From the NCBI GenBank assembly GCA_904063045.1, contig CAJFCJ010000006.1:558001-622000 (forward strand): a stretch of 64,000 nucleotides of DNA, given 5' to 3'. Positions 14,467-25,824 of this stretch are shown in pieces; position 1 is the first letter of the stretch, and the number at the start of each line of letters is the position of its first letter. This DNA is from Dimorphilus gyrociliatus (Eukaryota; Animalia; Annelida). The position numbers and the translations under genes are program-made. A model generated the notes under the pieces. The model did no database searches. It was given only the letters and a program-made list of their open reading frames with translations, and was not told the origin of the DNA.

Positions 14467-15753
14467 ATGTTCAAGCAGGAGCAAGATAGTCCCAACTCGG
14501 AGTCAAAAATTATTGTGGCGTCAATTTTGTCCTCCATGGCGTCAGGTGGAGTCCCTTCTACGTCATGTGTCGTAAGTTTTATTCTCAACATATTTATGAT
14601 ATAGTTAATATGTTACATGTTTTGTTTATAAACTATGTTTCATAAAACTTAAATGAGAATTGAACGATCAGTTTGTAGGAGTTGGAAAAAGACCAATCTA
14701 TTTTTCTCCCAATCAAAATTTCTTGTAAACTGGTAGTTATAAGCAAAAAATACCAGCCATTGATGTATACAAAAGCGATATGAAACATAGTACATTTTGA
14801 ATTATATTAATAAAGCAGCCCATAATTAATTTTTCTAAAATTCACAGACTCCAACGTCAAGCATAAGCAACCTGTTTCAGAGTAATATTCTGACAGGCAC
14901 AACCCCAACTCTCACCCCAACAACTCTGGCTTCAATAGAGCAAAGTTTTGTTGAACTCCAAAGTATTCCTCATTCAACAGAGGCCCAAGATTTGACAAAG
15001 CAAAGCGGTTTCGCACCCCCAATTGTAAACAGAGAACCTATGGTTGTCTCTCAACACATTCAAAATGGTATGGAAAGCGATGACAGCACAACCTATAGTG
15101 ATCCAGAGTGGGCCCCTTCATCAGCCAAACGATTGAGAACTAACAGATCAGGAGGTAGTAATGCATCGTCTATAACTTCTTCTCCTAATCCAAATATTAA
15201 TGAAGAAGACAGTACTCAATATCTATTGAGCGCTCGTGGTAAAGGTCCGAGAAGACACACAGGGCCAAGACCTAAACGCTTAGAGAAGCTAACTTCCGAA
15301 GAGGAAGAAAAAAGAAAAGTTAGAAGAGAGCGTAATAAATTGGCAGCTGCAAAATGTAGACAAAGGGTTGTTAAGATGACTAACGATCTAGTTGGCGAAA
15401 CAGAACAACTGGAAGAGCAGAATGCGACTTTAGAAAGTGAGATTGATAAATTAGAGCAACAAAAAGGGCAACTAGAATTCTTATTGGAACTACACGAAAA
15501 TTCTGAGGCCTGTTTGAAAAACAAAAGCGTTAAAATTGAAGCAAGTAACCGGCCATCATCCCTTCCACTACAAAACAACCCAGTTTCAACACATGACGTT
15601 ATAACGCCATCCCGTTACATTTTAAATACACCAAGTGGAATAGAAACTCTAGCCGATATACACACCGGCCTGACACCATGTTCAACGCAAGCTCAGAGGT
15701 CTGATAGTTCTGGCAGTCCTGAAGTAACTGGAACAATCTTAAACGGACATTAG
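14467..15753 (+). CDS. FOS: Fos-family bZIP transcription factor; exons 14467-14571 and 14848-15753
   Basis: [17 protein letters not shown] motif and b[26 protein letters not shown]...LEFLLELH. The phase-0 GTAAGT donor joins a phase-0 CACAG acceptor. Confidence 0.88.
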
Positions 15754-15971
15754 GATTACATTCTTAAATGTTAAAATTGATTATTTCTTTCTTTTTTCGA
15801 CTTAAGTTGAATTCGATTGTGTATCATTTGTAAATACATTTAATGAAAATAACTGAATTTGGTCTATTAAAAATATCAAAAACTATTTATTTTATTGTAT
15901 TCTGGGTTGTGTGGCAGCGCCATCTAACGTTGTTGTTTTACAAAAAGCTTCAGAGCGGAAGTTACATCAAG

Positions 15972-15985
15972 CCTTTTCCGTTTCC
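15972..15985 (+). promoter_or_regulatory. Probable 5' terminal oligopyrimidine (TOP) tract of RPS14
   Basis: CCTTTTCCGTTTCC, followed by a short non-coding exon and a GTAGGT donor near 16003. This is the layout expected for a ribosomal protein gene. Confidence 0.55.
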
Positions 15986-16424
15986 ACCATCTTGAAAATA
16001 CAGTAGGTTTTGCATTGAAATATTTATCTCAAAATATCAGCTAAATCAGTTTGTGTAGATTATTATACTCCTTTTGTAGTAACGAATTAGACTTTAACTT
16101 AACATTTTTGTGGGTTTTATTTCAAAAATTTTCGTTTATATTGCTGAATTTTTCAATTCATATTCGACATGTTGGAACTATCTCAAGTTAAGCATGCCAA
16201 GAACAACACGAGAACTAATGCATAGTTTTATAATATGTAAAAAAACAGAATATATTTTATTTTTAATTTTAGATAGTTTCAGAGATTCTACTCCTGTAGC
16301 ATACAGGAATTTGTACAGTCTTACCACAAACAACTAAACGCACGAAAGAAAACTTTAAATTTTACCATATTATCGATCAATATGAAATCTTAGCTAAATC
16401 AGACATATTTCTGAATTACAGAAA

Positions 16425-16953
<529 letters not shown>

Positions 16954-18149
16954 GAACATGTCAATAAAAGTTGAAAAAAACTTATTTTGTTCGGCATCAC
17001 GTTTTTCTTTGGAGATACTATGGCTGGAATAAAAGCAGTGCAAAATTGATATGAAAAGATATTTTGTAAATTATTTTTACTTAGTTATAAACTAGCTATT
17101 ACTCACTAATTAACATAAGATATATAGACTTAAGAGTATTGTCATTGGATCTGAGTCATTTTTTACAAGTCCTTATAGTGAATAACATTTTAGGTACCAG
17201 GAGTCTGATAACAATGAAACAAAATTTTAAGTTTATATCTATAGAACATTACACAAACTGTTTGTAACAATTTTCTACTAGGTGACTGAGATAATATTCT
17301 TGAATTGAATTAATGTTCATGGTTGATGAAGGTAATTGAAACCATCAGATCAACCTCATACTACTGATATTTTCCTTAAAATTTTCTTATTGGAGGTTTT
17401 ACCTTTTAAAATGTGTAACAAAATATTAGTCCAGCATGCATCTTTCAGTAATATCGTAACTGTGCTCGTTAGCTGTAAATAATTTATGATTCTAAAGACC
17501 TACCCGAGAAGTGAAATCGTTTTACACGGTTCACTTTTGTATGTAATATGATACGATTGTTGTATACTGAAAATTATGATTAGATGTAAATTATAAAGTT
17601 AAAATGTTATTCCACTGGCATTAACAGTACTTTTTAACTTTAATTTTAAGAACAAGTTTCAACTAAATTTCGTTGGTATACTAAGTTCACCCCTTTTTTA
17701 CTCATCCAGATAAAATAGCATTGTTTTAAATATGATGTATATTACAGTATAAACTTATACCTTTTTAAGATTTTTAAAACCTTCCTGATAGCAGATAAAG
17801 TCTATTTCTTATTCCTATAAAAAACACTTCAGTTACCGATGTGCTTGGACCAACTATACAGCTGAAAAAATAACTGGCAGGAATAATTTGCTGTAATAAA
17901 TTTCTTTTTTAATTACAAAATACCCTTCTCAAGACGATAAAAGTTATACGATAATATTGCCGGATATAAGGAGTAATAAAATAAATTGCTTTGTACTGAA
18001 AGCAGTGTAAAAAACTTTACATAAATATATTAATTTAATGCTGAAGTTAACCAATCAGCATCAACCTTTTGATTATAAAGGGAAGAAAACAGATAGCTAG
18101 GAACATTTCAAGAGTCGAATTATTAAGTTACGAATCTACATAAGAGAAA

Positions 18150-18919
18150 ATGAAATTTACTTCTCTTATAGTTTTTTATCTGCTCTTCGTGATAACGGAT
18201 CAATTTTCAGTGCGAAAGCTAGAATCTGAAGGTAATGGGCATATGTTTCAGAAAATGTGTAACTTTTAAGAGAGTATAAATAAGAAATCAGTGATTGACA
18301 TATATTAAGGAAAAAATTTTGGAAGTGAATGATCGTCTGCCTGAAGTAGTCATAAAATAAGAGAAAACACTTAAACATATTTATGGTATTTTAAGGTTAT
18401 AGCAAACAAAAGTTTAGTGCAAAATGAAGTTATATTACTTTTTATCTTATCGATCACAAACAAGTAAAAAGAAAAGTTATTTATAATTTGATACGTATTT
18501 CAGCTCAACTTGCCGATTAGTATTTCTATCATTCTTTACTCTCATCAAATAAATTAAAAAATTATTTTTTAGAAATATTATGCTCCTCACATCATAGGTG
18601 TCATTTCTAAATGAAGATTTGTTTACAAGATCTTATGGTTTGTTTCTCTCAACAGACAGTCCTTTAATCAGTATAATAAAAAGGTCTATCCGAGAAAACG
18701 ATGATAGAATGCTGAATAAAAGATTTGCTGAAGTTGTCCCAAGTGGTAAGAAACATTCATTCTATACCTTCTTTTAAAATTTTTTAACCAGAGATAGGAA
18801 GATATTATCAAGGCATCATATTTGGGTATAAAAGATCGTATGGCCACACTCCGGATATGTCTATGTGTTTATTTCTCGGTTTAGATGAATGTAAGGACAA
18901 GGATAACAATGCGGGATGA
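18150..18919 (+). CDS. Candidate secreted neuropeptide/prohormone precursor (99 aa), unclassified; exons 18150-18231, 18656-18745, 18792-18919
   Basis: Spliced translation MKFTSLIVFYLLFVITDQFSVRKLESEDSPLISIIKRSIRENDDRMLNKRFAEVVPSEIGRYYQGIIFGYKRSYGHTPDMSMCLFLGLDECKDKDNNAG*. It has a hydrophobic N-terminus, three KR sites, a GR site and a Cys pair. Both introns are phase 1 GT-AG. CCAAT (18051) and TATAAAG (18074) lie upstream. Confidence 0.65.
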
Positions 18920-19762
18920 AGATCGTTAAGTTTAGCATTCGATAAGCTTGTCTCTATTTTCCTTTCCTGATTTGACTTAATTACTTATGAAGCAAGAAAT
19001 TGCTTAACAAAAATTTGTATTAATATATTCCCCTTTGTGTTCTTAATTTAATTTTCATTATGGTATGAAAAATCGTAATCGAAAGAAACTGATGAAGAAT
19101 CAAAGATTATATAGTATAACGTATGTTATGCACCAACAAAGTTATTAGCTTTGGACAACCAAAGTATATACACCTAACAATACTAAATTAAAAATTCTTT
19201 AAAAAGAAAATGATTATGATTTTGATCGCTATATATATTAAATCTAAAAATAAATGAATCAATGCGATAGCCATTGATTATTTCATACTGTCAGTTAAGG
19301 ACAACTTGTATTGTTTCATAATTAGATATAATTATTAGACTATCAAGTAAATTAATTATAGATATAACTTATATATTTTATATTATCTCATCTACAAATG
19401 ATCTACATACAATAGTTTTTTAAGTTTTATGTTGTCAATATTGTGAACCGATTGCAGTATTTAATACTGTTACGGAGACATAGTGATATCATATCGAAAG
19501 TGATATTAAAGAGATAAACTTTCCGGAGCAAAAACATAGGTGTGAAAATCACTTCATTAATTCTGTAAAATTAAACACTCGGCGCAAAACATGTAGGGTG
19601 TACGTAGGCATATTTGAATTTCAGTGAAATAATTTATTCAAGTTAAGCTTTTTATCTGTGACAAACAAATGATAAAAAGGTTTGCTCATTTCTCCATGAT
19701 TCCAATTAGAAGATAAAGCAAGGCCTCTTCCCAGTGTTAATCATTCATATATCTTGAGGCGA

Positions 19763-20930
19763 ATGAGTTCTGAAATGACATTTTTGAAAAAAGAAGAAAG
19801 AATAAGAGCGTGTGCTGAGATAAATTCAACAGTTTTAAAATTTCTACATTTTCGAAATAGCGTCCATAGAAATCAGACTATACCTTATATTACATTTTTA
19901 TGTTTTATTATGGTAATTGGTATTTTTGGAAATTCTTCTGTAATTCTTGTCTACGTAAAAAAGCGCTTCAAAGCTAATGGAACTCATTTTGTTCTCTCTC
20001 TTGCCACAACCGATCTTCTTGCTTCCCTCGTGGTTTTACCATTTCTTTTACATGAAGCTTGGAGAGTGATTCAGAACAAATAAATAATTTTTACAACTCC
20101 CAAAATTAAAATGCGAATACATAGATATTCTGGTTTCCAATAACTAAAAGCAAAGTTTTAATCTCTGGGTTGGGTCTGCCTTTGCTAGTTAAAATGCTGA
20201 TACAAAAATTTGAATTGAATCACTCTTCAGGGCAAAATACACTTATACCAATGTTCTCATTTGCAAACTTTTGGAGTGGTTCAGACATTCTGTCATTTGT
20301 ATCTCTTGTTTAACTTTAGGTTACGTTGCAATTGATCGGTACTTCTGTATATGCAAACCTCTCACTTTTGTATTGTTTGGTTCAAAAGCTAAGAAAATGA
20401 TGTTTGGAGGTATAATTCTAAGTCCTATTCTAATGACTCCTGTACTGGTCGTGTACGGAACACTGACTAGGACTTTTTCAAATGGTATTATTGGTTGTAT
20501 GTGTGAAATAGATGATGCCTATGTTGGAACGTTAGTTCATGCATCCTTACGAGGAGTACATCTCATACTTTATCTTGGACTAACTGTTGTGATGATGGTA
20601 TGCTACTTCAAAGTATATCGCCAAGTTCGTAATCGTGTACTGCCACACTCTCAGAGAAATAACCGTTTAAGAGAAAAATATCAAATAGCGAAGACGCTGC
20701 TCTTAGTTAGTGTTGTATTTTTATCGACATGGATCCCTTTTTGGATTATTACAATTATTTTTATCATTCGAAAATCATTCTGGATTGAAGCAAGCTGGCC
20801 AGTTCAGAATATTGTAAAGATTGCTAAAACTTTTTATATGGTGAACTACGCCACAGATCCCTTGTTATATGCTTTTTCGTCTGCCATTTTCCGAGATGAG
20901 TTGATCCATATTTTTAAACGCAAATTTTAA
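19763..20930 (+). CDS. Orphan rhodopsin-like (class A) GPCR of the peptide-receptor type; two coding exons
   Basis: Seven hydrophobic segments with GN (TM1), LAxxD (TM2), C at the top of TM3, DRY, WxPF (TM6) and DPLLY (TM7). The intron phase reconciles only with a non-canonical donor (see findings). Confidence 0.85.
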
Positions 20931-21188
20931 TTTCATATTCTATAATTTCGCTTAAATTTTTATGGAACTAACAGTCGTGAATGTTTAAACTGTGAATGAA
21001 AAGCTATATCAAGTAGTAGCATTATCTGCTCTTGTTAACTCTAATCTTTACCATTAACTATCCTAATTTATGTAAGTCTTAAAATTGTAGACAAGATTTT
21101 AACTGTATTTTAAAATAGATATTTAAAAAGAAAAACCTAAATAAGACTTATTAAGCATTTTAAAAGTTCTTATTGATTTAGATAATAT

Positions 21189-22028
21189 TTATTCTGATTG
21201 ATCGTCTGTAGCTTTGTTTTCCTCGTTTCCATAAAAGAGTAAAGGAAACATGCCTATTAAACAACCTAAGGATATACCAAATGTACGACCAGCAAGTGTA
21301 GACATTCTTGCACCCCAAGTAGAGGATTGATAAACGCTTAGACGAGGTGTTTCTAACCCACATTTCGAAGCGAGCATTTCGACGTAGCCCGCAAGTCCTA
21401 AACCACCAATATCAGAGACTAAATTTCCAAGGGCTGCTGCAGCCATAGTTGATATTCCAAGTATAACACCCAATTTTAAATCAATATATTCCCCAGCAAT
21501 AATCATTACAAAATTGTCCAAAAATCCGAATCCAAGAAACGGTATGCAATTAGTAAAGAAAACTATTTATGGATATAAATTAATTGACAAATATAATGCA
21601 TTTATGTACAAAACCTTTCCAAAGTTGTGAATTTGATAGTGTAGATTGGCGGTCGTTCACTTGCTCTGAATTTTCAGTACTTTCTGTGATAAAAGTGTAA
21701 AACTATTTTATATCTGAAAGGATGCAAAGATCTTTAAATAGTAATTTATTCTATAAAAGCTTCAAATTTATTGAAGGTAAATTAAATTTTTAGAGCATCT
21801 ACTTATTTCATCTTGTAAATTTTTCAAACTCTTTTGATCCAATCTCATTAAAAAAGACCGAGTTGAGGCTTGATCATGAAATGATGGAGCTACATCTTGA
21901 TATGTGGAACGAATAGCTCTAAGTGGTTCTTGAGCTCTTATTATCGTTCTCCTCACTAGCCAAAATTGATTACAAATTAATTGAAATCGAGTATCCTTCA
22001 TAGTAAGAAATTTTCTAATAGGCAGCAT
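21189..22028 (-). CDS. TMEM65: Transmembrane protein 65 (multi-exon)
   Basis: FLGFGFLDNFVMIIAGEYID...STMAAAALGNLVSDIGGLGLAGYVE...GCLIGMFPLLF, with a basic transit-peptide-like N-terminus. Confidence 0.92.
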
Positions 22029-22194
22029 AAGTTCCTTTTACAGATTTTTAGAGAGAATGGAAAAATAAATTCTAATAATATTGTTTTTCAGCCAAAATCG
22101 AGCAGAAACTGGTAATCGGTAAAACACTCAGAAATCTATTTGATGGCGCAGACAACTGTAAATATTAGAAATTATTTGAAGCTTAGTTGGAGCT

Positions 22195-25100
22195 ATGGCT
22201 TATTTTTGTAGACAAGCTGAAGGGTTTGACATAAGAGAAAGCCTTAAAATTGTAGATGCTGAAATAGTAGATAAATATGTGGTTAGTATTTTATACAATG
22301 ACTTATTTTTTCCCATGGAAAAACTATAGGAGCAATCGTTAGGTTTATGTAATTCTGATAAAATCCGGTCGCCACTCATGGACTGTCCGGAGGAGATATA
22401 GCGAATTCCACAAATTACATGATGGACTCGGCTCAATTCTGCCCCATAGTGCTAAACTTCCTCCAAAGAGATTAGTAGGTGGGTGTTTGCTACTCCTTTA
22501 CAGGAATCTTTTCATTTTTATTCGCTTTTTTCAATTTAAGGTTCTGATGAAATATTTTCGAACAGGTAATCTATCAGATTCGGTGATTAGCGAAAGAAAG
22601 TTGCTGCTGGAGAACTACTTACACACGCTTCTTTTACATTTAGAAGATATTCCGAAAGACCTTAGTAACTTTTTATCTTTCGATCGATATGAAATTGAAG
22701 GTGTTACAAAAAAAGCATCGGAACAAATGTTTGATCTGGCTGAACAAATGCTAAGCTCTAACCAACCGTGGCAGATTTGCCCTCTCTTATTGCATTCCGT
22801 CTCGAGCAGGAGGCGGCTACCAGCTCCAAAATCCTTTGACAAGAGATCAGATATGGGTCATTTGATGGATTTTGCAAGTCAAGTGAAAAAAGTGCGAATA
22901 TTGGGCGGTTTGACTCCCATTGGTAAAAGTAATATCAAAGAAGAAGAGCTTAATGTTGACCTTTCCATCTTGCACAACCTAAAAGGGATTATCAGAAATT
23001 ATAAATATTTTTCTATCTGATTTCAGATTCCTTGAGTCAAAAAAATGATTAGTTTTTTTTGTAGTCTTAGGCAACAACTATTTACCTTATAAAGTTCATT
23101 AAAAGTGTAAAGAGAATATTTTTGATTTTCCCTTTTCAGCACTAGAATTAGATACTGTAAAAGGCAGAATTTCTGGTGTAGAGGTAATTAAACAATCTCT
23201 TGAAAGTGTAATTTGTAGACGTACAATTTCACATCTCTCTGATATATTTATTGCTGATGCAACTAACAAAAGCATTTGGAACAAATTGACAAGGTCGGAT
23301 TTAAGCTATAATGGATTAACTAGAATTGACGAGTCCACAAGTCTCTTACTATCTTTGCAAAAACTAAATCTGTCACACAACAGATTGACTTCGATAGATA
23401 ATCTTCATCACCTGAGCGCCCTTGACGAACTCAATCTTTCCCATAATCAAATTGCCGATCTGCCATCAGATATGAGAGCTAAAATTGGTAACGTTACAGT
23501 TCTTAATTTAGCGACTACAGGATTAAGGTGTTTGGCACCTTTGGCAAAGCTCTTTTCACTGAAGGACTTGAACGTTAGTGATAACTTAGTTGCAAGAGTA
23601 GATGATGTTCGTCCCATTGCTGGTATATTATTTACTATTTATTTACTCTATGAAGATGTCACATTATTTGCTCCATAGGGCTTCCTTGTCTTGAGAAGTT
23701 ACAATTAAAGCGAAATCCCCTCACTGCTGAACTTGATTACCGCTTCCGCCTCTTGGAATTACTTAGTCCAAGAGAAAGAGAAGTTCAAGTCGATGGAATT
23801 TTTCCGACTGTACAAGAGATTGATACAGTTGCAGTAAGATTGGCAATGACGAAAGCAAAAATTGCTAGACAAAGTAGTGAGATAAATTTAGTACAGAAAG
23901 AGAGGGGTATTCCTGATGGAGCTGATGCCTCCATTCCTCGTGAGTTTTGAATTGTGTTTAATCGGAATATTAATTAATATTTTATTAAAATAACTAAAGG
24001 TAACTTGCCTGATGTTTCGAATTCAAATTTTGTGGAGCTACTTTTAACTCGCATACCGAACCCAATTGCTGGAGAGAGTCTCGTGTCAGTAATCTGGACT
24101 CCTATTGTACTTCCAACGGCTCCACTGGATACTCTTCCGGCAGTGATTGCAGTTAGTACTCATTCCTTGCACATTCTTCGGGCAAGAGGCTCTCCCGGTC
24201 CATTATGTCATGTTGAACATTTACTGCACATTCCTTTAACAAAAGTTTCAATTACTTATCGTCACAAAGTGTGGGTTAGATTCGAAGATAATGGAATACC
24301 AACATCAGTAGCATTTCGAATGATAGAAGACTTAATTACAACTGTTCAGGCAGTAAATAGAGAATGTAAAGTAGTTTTGGTTCCTGATACAATGCTACTC
24401 AATTGCTTAAGTGAAGAAGGATCAACTTCCCCAGCAAACTTTAATTTCAAAGGAAATTGGAAATCAGTTTATAAAATTTACTTTTAAGAGATATTTTAGG
24501 GTATATAAAACTTTTATGCAAAATTTACTGAACTCCACTTTCCTAAGCAGCTACAGCCAAAGTGAATAACTCATCTGAAACTTCTACAATAATTGTAACG
24601 AAACAGAGAGTAATTTATACTCTAACGGAAAATTTATTTGCGCAAAAACTGAGTTGCAAAGTGAATTCTGTCTTCTCCTTCAAGGATAGCTATAAACTGT
24701 TTCTCTCAGAATCTGAAAGAGGCGATAATGTTTTAACTAATTTCTGTCTTCTTATAGACACGAATTCAGATGTTAATTTACATATTAGGTTTGTATCATA
24801 CCGTGATAGAAGGGATTTTTATCTAGCTTTAGCAAATGCTGAAAAGACCTCAAACGTGTATGAAATGGTCGATGACAAAGAAAGCGATGAAAGTGAGGAA
24901 GAAGAGAGTAATAGCGATATTGAAGGTAATGACATAGAATCAGCTGGAAAGAGGCAAATATCTCCAGTCGGTGGCTTTCAATTTAACTCTGTAGATGTTA
25001 ACAACACTTCAAACAATACTCAAAAGGATTATAATGAGAGCGAGGAAGGAGCGACATGCCCCTTGCAGGCCAATGAAGACACTTCTGTAGAAGAAAACAC

Positions 25101-25212
25101 TATGTCATCTAACTTAATCGTTCTGGATGATGATAAAGACGTCGAGTCAATAGAACATTCAAATTCTACTAGTTCAGAAGAATTCTCTATATATGATCAA
25201 TATAATAATTAA
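22195..25212 (+). CDS. NISCH: Nischarin-like PX + LRR protein (multi-exon)
   Basis: Start MAYFCRQ...KIVDAEIVDKYV; PX domain VYVILIKSGRHSWTVRRRYSEFHKLH...LPPKRLVG; SDMGHLMDF...SNIKEEELNVDLSI; LRRs (DLSYNGL, LNLSHNRL); acidic C-terminal region. Confidence 0.88.
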
Positions 25213-25330
25213 TCGCACTAATAAAAGCTTAAATTTTAAATATCAAAACTGTTATAAAATACTGTTAATCTAAGTTTGTTAAAGGAAGATTTGTTATGTA
25301 TAAGTGAAACATATACAAGAATGTTGTATA

Positions 25331-25387
<57 letters not shown>

Positions 25388-25404
25388 GAGCCCACCCGGG
25401 GACG
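25331..25404 (+). tRNA. tRNA-Asn (GTT)
   Basis: GTCTCCGTGGCGCAATCGGTTAGCGCGTTCGGCTGTTAACCGAAAGGTTGGTGGTTCGAGCCCACCCGGGGACG. The 7-bp acceptor stem pairs, the anticodon is GTT, A and B boxes are present, and an oligo-T terminator follows. Confidence 0.99.
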
Positions 25405-25824
25405 TGTTTTTTTTAAAGCCCTATATAAAAGCACTCTTTTCGCTAGTTGTTCGCAATTAAAACAATTTTTTTGTCTCAACCTTATAAAAAAATTTCATCG
25501 TAAAACGTTATATTCTCCTCAGGACCAGTCTTCATCAGGGACAAAAGATATTTGAATATCACTTAATGCAAAAAATTTATATAAGACATATAATCTCTAT
25601 TGTAATAGTTTATACTAAAATACCTAATCAAGTTATATGTAATATAAAAACAGCAAAAGTATAATAACGTTTACAGTATATACAAGAGGTCAAGGTGAAC
25701 ATGGCTGACATTACTCTCTCAATCAAAATATAGAATATATAATCTTAAATTTCCATCATAAATTGAAGTGATAACTCTTATAGCCAATGAATTAAACATA
25801 AATATTATACAAAAAATAACGAAA

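Noticed and set aside
16006-16420. snoRNA in the long first intron of RPS14
   Set aside because: I could not find paired C/D boxes with a terminal stem or an H/ACA layout, only an 11-nt repeat AGCTAAATCAG.
22143-22157. ATGGCG...|GTAAAT as nischarin exon 1
   Set aside because: Its donor is phase 0 and no phase-0 acceptor exists in the PX reading frame. The in-frame ATG at 22195 explains the start.
24452-24458. Possible third GA donor in nischarin (AAAG|GAAATT)
   Set aside because: Canonical phase-1 GT donors exist at 24366 and 24411, and I have no homology evidence to prefer GA.
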